Source: a virus
Taxonomy: Duplodnaviria; Caudoviricetes
Length of the DNA stretch: 55,579 bases
Strand: one strand, 5' to 3'
Virus record (IMG/VR): IMGVR_UViG_3300043256_000267
Span: 1 to 55,579 of that record
The notes under the pieces were generated by a model. That model did no database searches, was not told the origin of the DNA, and was given only the letters and a program-made list of their open reading frames with translations. Positions 18,631 to 28,912 of this stretch are shown piece after piece (the stretch's first letter is position 1; the number at the start of each line of letters is the position of its first letter). Made by a program: the position numbers and the translations under genes.

Positions 18631-18846
18631 ATGATGACCAAAAAGGACTTCATTGCCCTCGCCGACGCCATCCGCGGGGCAAACAGTGGGTCACTCCACT
18701 TTTCCTCCGCCGAGGTAGAGGTGTTGGCCGCGTTTTGCGCGTCTCGCAACCTGCGATTCGACCGCGGACGCTGGTTCGACTATATTTACGGCAAGTGTGG
18801 CCCCAGCGGCGGCGCGATCCGCAAACCGAAAGGTGGTTCCGCATGA
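18631..18846 (+). CDS. Small phage protein
   Basis: MTKKDFIALADAI...NLRFDRGRW; AAAGGA RBS. Confidence 0.75.
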   Translation: MMTKKDFIALADAIRGANSGSLHFSSAEVEVLAAFCASRNLRFDRGRWFDYIYGKCGPSGGAIRKPKGGSA

Positions 18847-19055
18847 ACAAACATGAGCGGGCTGAACGCCTCGCGCTGGCAGCCAACGTAGCAGTCACGA
18901 TTCAGGTAACCTTCCATTGCTCGGTGTGCGAGGAGGTGTTTTCACGCTGTACCCGTTCTGTGTACATTGCGACACGTAGAGCGGCCGACGAGGGGTGGTG
19001 TGTGGACGACACAGGACTTGTCCACTGTCCAAACTGCGCAAAGAAGTTACTATGA
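18843..19055 (+). CDS. Small Zn-binding protein
   Basis: CSVC...GW...HCPNC; ATGA overlap. Confidence 0.65.
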   Translation: MNKHERAERLALAANVAVTIQVTFHCSVCEEVFSRCTRSVYIATRRAADEGWCVDDTGLVHCPNCAKKLL

Positions 19056-19240
19056 AACTGCAATCTACCATTGGTGGGGACCGGTTGCAGGACCCGCGGT
19101 TATGCGTAAACTGCGGTAGCTTTAGGCGCCTGCCCAGCTACCGGTACTGCCACCGTTGCCTAGAGTACCTCAAACCGATTGTTCGCGCGTGGGCACGCAG
19201 GCAGAATCCCGTACCCGGAGAGGACATACCAGAATGTTAA
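19052..19240 (+). CDS. Small Zn-binding protein
   Basis: CVNC...CHRC; ATGA overlap. Confidence 0.6.
   Translation: MKLQSTIGGDRLQDPRLCVNCGSFRRLPSYRYCHRCLEYLKPIVRAWARRQNPVPGEDIPEC
19068..19087. repeat. 20-bp motif, copy 3
   Basis: Exact; translated on the other strand as TIGGDRL. Confidence 0.95.
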
Positions 19241-19361
19241 TGACTTGTGCGTCAATCTTCCGTCACTGGCGCCGCGGACTCTGGATTGTCGTGCTTACGA
19301 TTGTAATCACGCTGGCGATGTGGTAGTCAGACAACCAAACCTTTACAGAAGGGATTAAACA

Positions 19362-19772
19362 ATGTGCGCATCCAATGATTTGACAGAACTGCGAAAGTTG
19401 CAACGAAAAATAAAACCTATCCGCGCGTGGAAAGTCCTTCGGAAGTCCGGCTTGAACATATACACTGGATACGGTAGAGCTAAATATGGCCCCGGACAAG
19501 TGAAGGCCGCGGGCGTAACCCCCACAACTCTCTACCTGATGCCGGGTCCGCGTGGATTGCACGTTTATCGCACGAAACGAGTTGCCCGCCACATGGCGTA
19601 TGGGTTTCGGGTCGCCGTGCCGGTTTACATTAACCCTAGCGATTTGATCGCTGCCGAACCTTCCAACAATTACCGTTGTGCACAGCTAGTGGCGTGCCGG
19701 CTCACGATTCGGCCCGAAGACTGGGCCGCTGCTGGCTTGCCCAAACGCGCCACCCGTTGCCGGTACGTCTAA
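19362..19772 (+). CDS. Hypothetical protein
   Basis: AAGGGA RBS; GLHVY motif. Confidence 0.65.
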   Translation: MCASNDLTELRKLQRKIKPIRAWKVLRKSGLNIYTGYGRAKYGPGQVKAAGVTPTTLYLMPGPRGLHVYRTKRVARHMAYGFRVAVPVYINPSDLIAAEPSNNYRCAQLVACRLTIRPEDWAAAGLPKRATRCRYV

Positions 19773-19818
19773 ACGCGCTGGAGAAACTAACCGGGGCTTA
19801 GCCCCAGAAGTTGAATAT

Positions 19819-20208
19819 ATGAAAATCGAAACGAAGTTTGATCTCGGACAAGAAGTGTGGCTTGTTAAGGAATTTCCCAAGCACACGACTATTCCGTGTT
19901 CGGGCTGCGAGGGGCGCGGGGACATCCTGCTCGCGGACGAGACTACCTACCGTTGTCCTAAGTGTTACGGCAATAAGACCCGGATCGATGTGGCCCCCGT
20001 AGATTGGCACGCTGACGGTCCGATGACCATAGGCAACGTCCGCGTTTCCGTGTTCCAAAGCGACGACGAGCATGAAGACGATCGTGTGTACATGTGCCAC
20101 CAAACGGGGATAGGCTCGGGGACATTGTGGAGAGAAGAAGACCTGTTCGGAACTAGGCAGGAGGCCGAAGCCGCGGCCGATGAGCGGAGAAAGCGGAGCG
20201 ATGAATAG
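19819..20208 (+). CDS. Protein with DnaJ-type CxxCxGxG Zn motifs
   Basis: CSGCEGRG, CPKCYG. Confidence 0.75.
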   Translation: MKIETKFDLGQEVWLVKEFPKHTTIPCSGCEGRGDILLADETTYRCPKCYGNKTRIDVAPVDWHADGPMTIGNVRVSVFQSDDEHEDDRVYMCHQTGIGSGTLWREEDLFGTRQEAEAAADERRKRSDE

Positions 20209-20213
20209 AAAGG

Positions 20214-20252
20214 CGGCCCGGCCCACTCCGGTTGTGGAGTGAGCGCGGGCCG
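20214..20252. terminator. Hairpin between convergent genes
   Basis: CGGCCCG-GCCCACTCC / GGAGTGAGC-G-CGGGCCG. Confidence 0.6.
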
Positions 20253-20286
20253 TTGGTTGCTTCAATCTGCTGTTACCGCGCGCGGG

Positions 20287-20877
20287 TTACTCGATTCGGA
20301 CGCACCGTACCCAAACGTCTACAAGAGCGCCATCGTTCGTCGCGCCTGCCGTGGCATCCGGGTCCACCACAAGGTCCGCATACAGACTGCCGTCTGCAAC
20401 CACCTCGTTGTTCGCCAGCACCACAGCCGCGGTCGGGAACCGCGCGCCGGACCCGTTCGCGTAGTCGTCGTCCAGCGCGAAGTCGGCCACTACGTCGCTC
20501 TCGGTCTCGCTCGCAGCGCCGTCTCCTCGGATTACGGTCATGTCCAGCGCGCCGCCGTCACCGTCCGTGAAGTCCGCTACGGTCAGGTCGACAACCTCAA
20601 ACCCCACTTCCAGAATGCGGAACTTAAATGGCGCGCTCTTCGCGGTGAAGAACGGCGTCCGGTAGGTGGTGGCCGCAGCCGGACTGTTCTCGTCGATGCC
20701 GCACCGCGCAATCAGCGTGAACTCCTGCCCGCGCGCGACATCCGCGACAGTTCCAACTGCGCGCAGCCCGCCAATTGTCCCCATTGTACTTTCGGGGTTT
20801 TGCGTGATGCACCCAATTACGATCTCGTGGTCATGCTCCACCTCAACGTGGGGCGCCCAATTTTCTCTTCGTGGCAT
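20287..20877 (-). CDS. Acidic beta-rich protein, possibly a capsid decoration protein
   Basis: AAGGA RBS; composition resembles the virion genes. Confidence 0.6.
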   Translation of the reverse strand: MPRRENWAPHVEVEHDHEIVIGCITQNPESTMGTIGGLRAVGTVADVARGQEFTLIARCGIDENSPAAATTYRTPFFTAKSAPFKFRILEVGFEVVDLTVADFTDGDGGALDMTVIRGDGAASETESDVVADFALDDDYANGSGARFPTAAVVLANNEVVADGSLYADLVVDPDATAGATNDGALVDVWVRCVRIE

Positions 20878-20880
20878 CGT

Positions 20881-21180
20881 TCAATTTCCTTTCGTTTTGT
20901 TCTCGCCCGCTGGAGAGCCGCGTTCGCGCGATCGCTCGACCCCCAGCAGGACCCCTAGCCTTATCACTTCGCCTGTCAACGCGACGAGTTCGCCACGCAT
21001 TGCGTCAATCGACTTCTCTTGCCGCGCTTGCGCCGTCGCCAGCGTTTCTACCCGGTCCCGCACCATCCGTTCCACTTCCGCGCGCGTGACCAACGAGCGC
21101 GCCAGAGTGAACCACGTGCCTGCGCTCCCAATCGCGCCAGCCAAGATCGCGGGTATCAGTTGTGCCAGCGAAATTTCCAT
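20881..21180 (-). CDS. Single-TM coiled-coil protein (holin-like architecture)
   Basis: LIPAILAGAIGSAGTWFTLA then a coiled coil; GGAG RBS. Confidence 0.6.
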   Translation of the reverse strand: MEISLAQLIPAILAGAIGSAGTWFTLARSLVTRAEVERMVRDRVETLATAQARQEKSIDAMRGELVALTGEVIRLGVLLGVERSRERGSPAGENKTKGN

Positions 21181-21238
21181 TCTCGCTCCAGCCTGTGTGT
21201 CAAAAGTGGGCAGGGGCTCCAAGATCGCGTGCTGCACT

Positions 21239-21258
21239 CAACCGGTCCCCACCAATGG
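21239..21258. repeat. 20-bp motif, copy 4 (inverted)
   Basis: CAACCGGTCCCCACCAATGG on +; lies between a promoter and its gene. Confidence 0.95.
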
Positions 21259-21295
21259 CGCAGTCCTGCGTTCCTGGAGCCCGCCCATCCGATCT

Positions 21296-21358
21296 ATTAT
21301 AGGCCGTGATTTTGTCCAGGTCAAGCCCCTTGACACAGCCCGCCGGGGGTGCTATCGT
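21296..21358. promoter_or_regulatory. Back-to-back divergent promoters
   Basis: Minus: TTGACC-17-TATAAT (21296..21324). Plus: TTGACA-17-TATCGT (21330..21358). Confidence 0.75.
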
Positions 21359-21401
21359 CGAGTGGAAGGCAAAAGTGTTTCTTGTTAAAGGGAGAAGAAC
21401 C

Positions 21402-21632
21402 GTGAAGATTGAGAGCGCAAAAACGCAGGGTGAAGGACAGTCGTTGGATAGCTTTAACAATGGCGATTGTATCCGCCTTGTTGACAACGGCCTCAGCGAG
21501 TTGTTCTTAGACAGTGTATACATTGTGGGCACCTCCGGAGAAGGCCGACTGGCGATTAATCTTCTCGATGGGTGTCACCGACGTGAAGGTGGATTCGTGC
21601 TTGAACCAAATGCGAAAGTTGTAACTGGATGA
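21402..21632 (+). CDS. Small hypothetical protein
   Basis: GTG with GGGAG RBS; loosely similar to 33235..33444 (AINLLDG vs GINLENG). Confidence 0.6.
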   Translation: MKIESAKTQGEGQSLDSFNNGDCIRLVDNGLSELFLDSVYIVGTSGEGRLAINLLDGCHRREGGFVLEPNAKVVTG

Positions 21633-24355
21633 ACTTTGCTCCAGGTAGTCACGTTTTGGAAGAACCGCTTGCAGAGGGATACTCGCGCCGCGTGGTGCCT
21701 ACGTTTCCGCTGCACGTCAACGGACGGCAAACTGCCCTGCTGGTGCTTGGAGAGGCGCCCGGCCGGCAAGAAGACGAGACGGGCGAGCCGTTCGTTGGGT
21801 GGTCGGGCCAGTTGCTCCGCACTGCGTACATTGACTATTGGAAGCTACAAGATCACGCGGACGTGTTCCTGTCCAACGCAGTTCGGTCTCGCCCACCGGG
21901 CAACCGCACGCCCAAGCCAAAAGAGATCAAGGCGCACGCGGACATGCTTGTCCACGACGTGACCGAATTGCAGTCGGCGTACTCTGAGGTGTTCGTACTG
22001 TGTGCCGGAGCTGTTGCGTGCCAAGCGCTGGGCATGGCCAAAACGCTTACAGCAGCATTTAAGAGCCAAGGCGGCACTCTGCCATTCGCGGCGGGACACG
22101 TGCGCGCGTATGCCACGTTTCACCCTGCGTCTCTCGCAGACCGCGGCAAGAACAAACGGCGCCGTGGGCCTCGCCGCGCACGTACTGACAAGGGACCTGC
22201 ACTGGAGTCACACTTATCACTCTTGCAGCGTGCGCTGTCGGGCCAGGACCCAGTGCAGGAACCCGCTGCCGCTTGCGAATGGCTTACTGCTCCTGGCGTT
22301 ACAGAGATTACGGCATTTGGCACGCCAGACGCTTTGGCGTGTGACACTGAAACTTATGGATGCTTGGGGGGTGGGGAACAATCGCAATTCCAGCCGGACA
22401 AGTCTTTGCACTGGGACAATGTGAATCCCGATCAGGTCTTTGTTAGTGCTGCGCTGGCATGGGTTGGCCGTGGCACGGGTAGGAAGGGTGCTGGCTTTTA
22501 CAACTTGCAAGACCCTGAGCACCGGGCTACGTTTGTTTCGGTACTTCGATGGGTACAAAAACGCGACTGCCTGCTATTGTTCCACAATTGCGCCTTCGAT
22601 GTACCGTTTCTGCGCCGGTTCCTGCCAGCGTGCGCTCGCTACCTGGAGCCGCCGACCAAGCTGGCCGATTTAATGATCGAATCGCACATGGTAGATGACT
22701 TGCGCCCCGAGCGCTCGCTCAAAGCGCTGTCGCCTCTCATGCTCGGCCAGCGTGGACTGTACACTGAAGAGCAACGCACGTTTGACTACACCGGCCCGGA
22801 CGACCCGGATCTTGCACGCTACAACGTGGCCGATGTAGAGCGCACTTTGGAATGCTACTGCCTGTGCCGCGAGGCGTTCCCGCGCATCTACGGCGCGAAC
22901 ACAAACAAGGGTTCGCCATACGCCGACGATTGGTCTTCCAAGGTGCTGCACTTGGTCACGCACATGACCGAAGTTGGCATCCCTATCGACGAGCCCGGTT
23001 TGCGCGCCCTGGATACACGCTTGCGTGTTCGGTTGGAGCGCATCGAACGGCTGGCGCGGGACACTTTAGGTCTCGTGCTCTCGGGTAAAGTAGGCAAGGG
23101 CTCCGACACTTCCAAGCGTGCAGCGGTGTCGGATGCCGCAACGCTGTGCCCGGACAACGTCGCCGCGCAAATCATATTAACCCCAACTGGTAAGTTTCCC
23201 TACGACGAGGTTGCACGCGCGTTGCTCATGCCCGAAATGCAGGGTCGATGGGGTGGTGATGGCACAGTAGAAAACGGCGACCCCCCGCGCCGGGGAGCGT
23301 GGCGTAAGCTGCACGTGTTGGGGCTGCACCAAGGCGTTGCCAAGCTCATCAACACGTATACGGGGCCAATGCTCCGGGGCCGCGTCAAGAAGAAAGCGAC
23401 CAAGGAAACCAAGACAAAGCCAGCACGCGAAGCGGTTATCAATCACGCACCGCGCGTGATCCGCGGGCGCATCTACCCAACGTGGTATCCAGTGGCCCGC
23501 GAGTTTGGGGACACAGGTCAGAGCGGGGGTACCCGGCAGATACGGTTTGCCGCCAAGGACCCTGCCGTTCCGACGTTTCCGCCCTGCATTAAAGACCTGC
23601 TGCAAATTGACATCTGGGCCGACTACTCCGGCATCGAACTGAGGACTGCTGCGCTGATGTCCGGCGACCCGGTGATGATGGCCGAACTGTCGGGCGACGA
23701 TGGCGATCTGCACACTCGCACGGCACGCGTTATCCTTGGGAACAAGTTCGTAGATGACAGGATCAAGATGTACGGCCCGAAGGCGTGGAAAGGTGGCAAG
23801 CACCGCTACGCTGGTAAGCGCACCAATTTCCTCATGCTGTACTTGGGAGGTGCAGACAAGCTGCAAGCTACGCTCCTAGACGCGCTCGGGGAGAACTATC
23901 CAGTGTCTCGGTGTCAGCAGGTCATTACCGATTTTTGGGTTATGTACCCAGGACTGCGTGCTTTTCTTGATGGTGTGATTGACTTCGTCCGGCGCAAGGG
24001 CTATTATGAATTACCGCTGACGGGTCACTCGCGCTTGTTCGATCGGCACAACCCGCCGATCAACGAGTGTGCAAACTTTCCGTTCCAAGCGACTGCGGCA
24101 GCCATCACGATTTGTGCTCAGTACGAGCTGTGGCAACTAGCGCGGTCGGAAGGTGTAGGAATGAACTGTGGCTGTAACATCTATGATGCTGTCGGAATCG
24201 AGTTGCACGCCCGCGAGCGCCGGCTTCACGGAACACAGCGTGCCCGTGCTCTTATTGATCGCGCGCTCCCTCAGCCATCGTACTACAAGGACTTGTGTTC
24301 CCACTTGGGACGAACCTTGCCGCTGGCTTACGAAGTAAAGGAACCAAAGCAATGA
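21629..24355 (+). CDS. polA: Family A DNA polymerase with N-terminal family-4 uracil-DNA-glycosylase-like and 3'-5' exonuclease domains
   Basis: UDG: GEAPG..E...PFVG, TFHPA. Exonuclease: DTET, HNCAFD, YNVAD. Polymerase: DYSGIELR, RYAGKRTNFLMLY, IYDA. Confidence 0.9.
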   Translation: MNFAPGSHVLEEPLAEGYSRRVVPTFPLHVNGRQTALLVLGEAPGRQEDETGEPFVGWSGQLLRTAYIDYWKLQDHADVFLSNAVRSRPPGNRTPKPKEIKAHADMLVHDVTELQSAYSEVFVLCAGAVACQALGMAKTLTAAFKSQGGTLPFAAGHVRAYATFHPASLADRGKNKRRRGPRRARTDKGPALESHLSLLQRALSGQDPVQEPAAACEWLTAPGVTEITAFGTPDALACDTETYGCLGGGEQSQFQPDKSLHWDNVNPDQVFVSAALAWVGRGTGRKGAGFYNLQDPEHRATFVSVLRWVQKRDCLLLFHNCAFDVPFLRRFLPACARYLEPPTKLADLMIESHMVDDLRPERSLKALSPLMLGQRGLYTEEQRTFDYTGPDDPDLARYNVADVERTLECYCLCREAFPRIYGANTNKGSPYADDWSSKVLHLVTHMTEVGIPIDEPGLRALDTRLRVRLERIERLARDTLGLVLSGKVGKGSDTSKRAAVSDAATLCPDNVAAQIILTPTGKFPYDEVARALLMPEMQGRWGGDGTVENGDPPRRGAWRKLHVLGLHQGVAKLINTYTGPMLRGRVKKKATKETKTKPAREAVINHAPRVIRGRIYPTWYPVAREFGDTGQSGGTRQIRFAAKDPAVPTFPPCIKDLLQIDIWADYSGIELRTAALMSGDPVMMAELSGDDGDLHTRTARVILGNKFVDDRIKMYGPKAWKGGKHRYAGKRTNFLMLYLGGADKLQATLLDALGENYPVSRCQQVITDFWVMYPGLRAFLDGVIDFVRRKGYYELPLTGHSRLFDRHNPPINECANFPFQATAAAITICAQYELWQLARSEGVGMNCGCNIYDAVGIELHARERRLHGTQRARALIDRALPQPSYYKDLCSHLGRTLPLAYEVKEPKQ

Positions 24356-25194
24356 AAGACAAGTGCGTAATTTACCACGCCAACTGCCCCGACGGATTTA
24401 CTGGGGCGTGGCTCCTGTGGCGTGCATTCGGCGACGACGGCGTTCAATACTGCCCGGCCAACTATGGGGACGATCCGCCTGACGTTGTGGGAAAGGATGT
24501 GTACATTGTAGATTTCTCGTACCCGCGGGACGTATTGCAAGACATGCACTCCAAAGCAGCGTCCCTCCACGTTTGGGACCACCACAAGACCGCTGAGAAG
24601 AACTGCCAGGGCTTGGATTTTTGCACCTTCGACATGGACCGCTGCGGGTCTCGCCTCTTGTTCGAGACTTGTATTCGTGACAATTTTCCTGGAACGTGGT
24701 GGCACGACAAAACGCGCGATTTTGTGCAGTACATCGACGACAACGACCGCGGGGTGAGAGCGCTGCCAAACACCGACGAAGTGCGCGCAGCGTATTGCGC
24801 TACGCCGTTTTCGTTTCCCCAATGGGGCGCGCTCGTGGCAAAGGGCATCGGCGAGTGGGTTCGGATGGGCCGGCAGATTCTTGATTACCAGCAGTTGTGC
24901 ATCGATCAACACGCACCGACAGCTACGTGGCGGCGCTTGTGGGGCTATGATTACAAGGTTCCTATTGTCAACTTGACATTCAAGCACATTATTTCTCCGC
25001 TGCTCGGGGAGCTAGCAGAACACGCACCGTTTGCCGCTGCGTTTTGGTTTGACGGCAAGCAATGGACCTTTTCGTTGCGTTCCCGCGAAGGGGGTACTGA
25101 CGTATCTGAAGTTGCACGGGGGTTTGGCGGCGGTGGGCACAAAAACGCAGCCGGCTTTCGGGTGAAGAACCTTTCCGACGCGGTGCAGCTATGA
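24352..25194 (+). CDS. DHH/DHHA1 phosphoesterase
   Basis: YHANCPDG, IVDFS, WDHH, SLRS, GGGGHKNAAGF. Confidence 0.9.
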   Translation: MKDKCVIYHANCPDGFTGAWLLWRAFGDDGVQYCPANYGDDPPDVVGKDVYIVDFSYPRDVLQDMHSKAASLHVWDHHKTAEKNCQGLDFCTFDMDRCGSRLLFETCIRDNFPGTWWHDKTRDFVQYIDDNDRGVRALPNTDEVRAAYCATPFSFPQWGALVAKGIGEWVRMGRQILDYQQLCIDQHAPTATWRRLWGYDYKVPIVNLTFKHIISPLLGELAEHAPFAAAFWFDGKQWTFSLRSREGGTDVSEVARGFGGGGHKNAAGFRVKNLSDAVQL

Positions 25195-25348
25195 GCCACG
25201 TAACGACAGCGTTGTTGATAGCAGCTTACGTCTTACTGGCGGGTACCTGCGCGTTTGAAAAGCGGTGGCCCGTGTGCCTATACTGGGTTGGGGCCGTAAT
25301 CGTGACGGGCGGCGTGTTGTGGATGAGCGCACGTATGGAGATTCCAAA

Positions 25349-26584
25349 GTGAGTGAGAAATCAATCGAAGATCGCGTTGTGGACTGGATTAGCCGCCACG
25401 GCAACAAGGGAACCACGTCCCGCGACTTGGTAGCCTCCCGCATTGTGCCTAATGCCGAGGCCGCGCGTAAGGTTTTGAGGCGGCTGTTCAATGCAGTAGG
25501 TGGGACGTGGAAGCACAACAAGTTCTATCTGCTCAGTTCACAGATACGCGCTGGAACCGACTTGGACACCCACGATCCTCGGTTTCGCTCAGACTTGCTG
25601 CGGCTTCTGCGCAAGCCTACTACGATAAAGCAATTAGGTTCCAAGCTGCGCATTCATGCTACCGATGTGGAACAGGCTTTAACTGATTTGGAGGGGTCAG
25701 GTTACATCGTCGAGCGCGTTGGCCAGCGCGTTACGTTGGGAGTCGCGGTGCCTGAGAGCGCTCGCCGCATTGTGCGCGCCAACCATTTCATCGACAAGCC
25801 AGTTCTATTTGGCATCGTGGCAGATATGCACATGTGCTCTAAGTCGGAGCGCCTGGATGTTGTCAATGCCGCTTACGATGAGTTTGCTGCGCAAGGCATT
25901 GATACGGTACTGTGTCCGGGTAACTACGTCGACGGCGAAGCGCGGTTCAACCGCTATGAATTGTACGCTCACGGAATCGCAGACCAGTGCCAGTATTGCA
26001 TTGACCATTGGCCGCAGCGCAAGGGCATCAAGACGTTCTACATTGACGGCGACTGCCACGAAGGTTGGTACCTCACGCGGGAGGGAATCGAATTCGGCCG
26101 GTACCTCATGTTGGAAGCACAGCGGCAAGGTCGCGAAGACCTTGTGTACCTCGGGTCGATGGAAGCGGACATCGAACTGAAAGCGCCGAAAGGCTCTGCG
26201 GTCATCAAGATCATGCACCCTGGTGGTGGTACAGCTTACGCTATTTCATACGCAGTCCAAAAGCTTGCTGAGAGCTACCAGGGAGGAGAGAAACCCGCAG
26301 TCGCAATCGTAGGCCACTACCACAAATTTGAGTATTCGTTTCCGCGTTCGATTCACATGCTGCAACCGGGTTGCTGTCAAGACCAGACGCGATTCATGCG
26401 TAAGCTCAAGCTCGCAGCGCACGTTGGCTTTAGTACCATCGAGTTGCAACAAGACGTGGGCGGTTCCATTACGCGCTTTACCCCAACCTTCTTTCCGTTT
26501 TGGGACCGCGGCTACTACTTATCCCGTGACGGGCAAGCTGCCGCAACGCGGCTCCAACGCAAAACTAAGGCGCGTAGCAAGTGA
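25349..26584 (+). CDS. Calcineurin-like metallophosphoesterase with N-terminal winged-helix-like domains
   Basis: ADMH, GNYVDG, GDCHE, MHPGGG, GHYH. Confidence 0.85.
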   Translation: MSEKSIEDRVVDWISRHGNKGTTSRDLVASRIVPNAEAARKVLRRLFNAVGGTWKHNKFYLLSSQIRAGTDLDTHDPRFRSDLLRLLRKPTTIKQLGSKLRIHATDVEQALTDLEGSGYIVERVGQRVTLGVAVPESARRIVRANHFIDKPVLFGIVADMHMCSKSERLDVVNAAYDEFAAQGIDTVLCPGNYVDGEARFNRYELYAHGIADQCQYCIDHWPQRKGIKTFYIDGDCHEGWYLTREGIEFGRYLMLEAQRQGREDLVYLGSMEADIELKAPKGSAVIKIMHPGGGTAYAISYAVQKLAESYQGGEKPAVAIVGHYHKFEYSFPRSIHMLQPGCCQDQTRFMRKLKLAAHVGFSTIELQQDVGGSITRFTPTFFPFWDRGYYLSRDGQAAATRLQRKTKARSK

Positions 26585-26931
26585 TACGGGTGTTTGTAGA
26601 CGAGTTGGACGACGCGAATGGAGACCAACCCTACGAGGAGTCTCCTGGTGTGTGGATATGCCGCCGTTGCTCTGCGGAAATCTACCATCGCGATTCGCTA
26701 TGTCGCCATTGCAAGCGTGCCGACACACTTCGGCAGCGGCAACAACAGGAGGGACTAGATGCAACGTCATGTGAGGACTGAAAATGTTGTTAGGTGTCCA
26801 TCGTGTGGTAAGGCTTACGAAGTCTTTAACATGATGGTTGGAGACCAGTCAAGGTGTCCTGCTTGCCTAGACAAATTGGCTAAGGAAGTTGAAGAAAACC
26901 GCAGCGGCCATGAGAGAGGAGGAACCAGACG

Positions 26932-27300
26932 ATGAGTGAGTATCAAGTGGAGAAGTTCCCGTGGCCGGGGGCAGAAGGGTGTTTCCTCGCGCTTTCATGC
27001 CGCAAGACGGACAAGAACTGCAACGGCGTGCAGCCTGCTGTTTCCTTCTTGTGCATCTTAGGGGATGTAGCTGCCGAGTGGGAACCAACCAACGGCCCTA
27101 TTCAACTTTGGTTTCGTGGGGACGACGAAGAACACTACACGTTCCCGCGGATACGTGCTAATAGAGGTGACTGGTCACAGTTATCCGTAGACCACGAGGG
27201 ACTTCCCCGAATGGCCAACGCAGGAAACTACGCGGGTGTATTTGAAGTGCTCCGAGAGTGGGCCGATCGGGAACCCCCGGAGGAGAATCCCAATGAGTAA
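26932..27300 (+). CDS. Hypothetical protein
   Basis: GGAGG RBS. Confidence 0.6.
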   Translation: MSEYQVEKFPWPGAEGCFLALSCRKTDKNCNGVQPAVSFLCILGDVAAEWEPTNGPIQLWFRGDDEEHYTFPRIRANRGDWSQLSVDHEGLPRMANAGNYAGVFEVLREWADREPPEENPNE

Positions 27301-28137
27301 AGGAAGCCGCCCCCGGCCGTGCAACAAGCAGAGATTCGACGAGAATTACGCTCGCGTTTTCGGCCCCAAGAAGCTAAACGTCTGGACGGAAAAGCAACCG
27401 CAGTGCCCAGCGAAGCTGTGTGAGTATTACCAAACCCTACCGGGAGGTTGTTCTCACTGCGGTCGAAATGTCCAACCGGAAGGAAAGTCAGATGGGATTC
27501 AAGGGGACACTGGAGACGGAACGCGCGATCGAGCAGGTGGTGGACGCACTGCTCAAGTGCCCCAAGAGCCGGGAGGAGCACCTGATTCGCAAGCTGCGGA
27601 ACCTGTGGAACCGCCGCCTCGCGGAAATTGCGGGGACTGGGGCTACTCCCTCGGCCGCCCTTCGTGTGGAGGAGTGTTCTAATGCAGAAGAAACGCCAAC
27701 GTAAGATGTCAGACAGACGCCGCGCCGTAGTCGCCACGCGCAAGGCCGAGGTTGCCGAGTTGAAAGACGCGCGGTTTGCCGAAATCGCTGACATGATCGC
27801 TAGGCGCCTCGAACCCCGCATCAAACTGCTAGTCCAAGTCGAAGTCGCCAGGGCGGTGACTGACCTAGCCAAGCGCCAGTTGGCTGCGCGCGTTGTGGAG
27901 AAAAATGGTGCCTAGACCTGGCTCCGTTGAATACTTTTGGGAGGAGCTACACCGTTTCCGAGAAGCGTTTGGAAACAACCGCAACTCACTGGAGAAGCTC
28001 GACCAACTGTTTTGCGGCTTATTCTACGTCGCGGCGCACACTGAGGGTGAAACGCCACCCGGCTGGGAAGCGATTTGTGTGGAATGGCCGCGTCGTCGTG
28101 TCTTAATGGCAGCACACCTCGGAGCTTCGGAGGGCAA

Positions 28138-28689
28138 ATGAAAACTGCGACCGTAATGATCGACTCGCGAGAGGACCTGCACTGGCGCTTGCCGTTCCCG
28201 GACCACGTGAAGGTACACCCACAGCGGTCCCGTAACCCGGTCATCATAAAAATCAAAAAGCGGGTTGACAAACTTGACGCGGGCGACTATTGTTTAGATG
28301 GGTACGCAAGCCGGTGCCTGGTCGAAACGAAGCGGTCGGCCCGCGAGTTGGCAGGCAACTTGCTTACTGACGATTTCCGTCGGGCTAATGCAGCTTTTGA
28401 GAAGCTCTCTTGTGCGACCGCGTTTCCGCTGTTGGTTTGCGAGTTCAGCCAAGCCGACTTGCTCACGGAAGCAGAGGACGGCCGCGTGATGGATGCTCTT
28501 TCCTGGTGCGTAGCACGCCACCGCTTGAACGTGTGGTTTGCAGGCCCACGCGGCGCCAAAGACGCCCGCCGCAAAACCGCTGAATGCGTCTTACGTTTAA
28601 TGCTGGAACTATCCAATTGGGAGGAACCACCGTGCAGAAGCTCACCGAACAACAAGTCCGGCACTGGATCAATTCCATCGTCGGGGTAG
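28138..28689 (+). CDS. ERCC4/XPF-like nuclease (candidate resolvase)
   Basis: IDSRE...LDAGDY...VETKRS. Confidence 0.8.
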   Translation: MKTATVMIDSREDLHWRLPFPDHVKVHPQRSRNPVIIKIKKRVDKLDAGDYCLDGYASRCLVETKRSARELAGNLLTDDFRRANAAFEKLSCATAFPLLVCEFSQADLLTEAEDGRVMDALSWCVARHRLNVWFAGPRGAKDARRKTAECVLRLMLELSNWEEPPCRSSPNNKSGTGSIPSSG

Positions 28690-28912
28690 AATGTCTCGCT
28701 GAAGATTGCGAACGTGCAGTCTCACCCGTTGCCCGAGCTGCAACTCTTGCGCTCGCAGATGTGCCGTATGTGGAAACCTACAGCCGGCTAGAAGCTTTTA
28801 CAAAGAATACCAGTCTGCGTAAGTTCCGCGCGTTTCTAGACGAAGTCGTGCGGGTTATGGACGACTGCGGCGTGCACCCTTGGACCACCGCCGACGAAGG
28901 GAAGGTGTCCCC

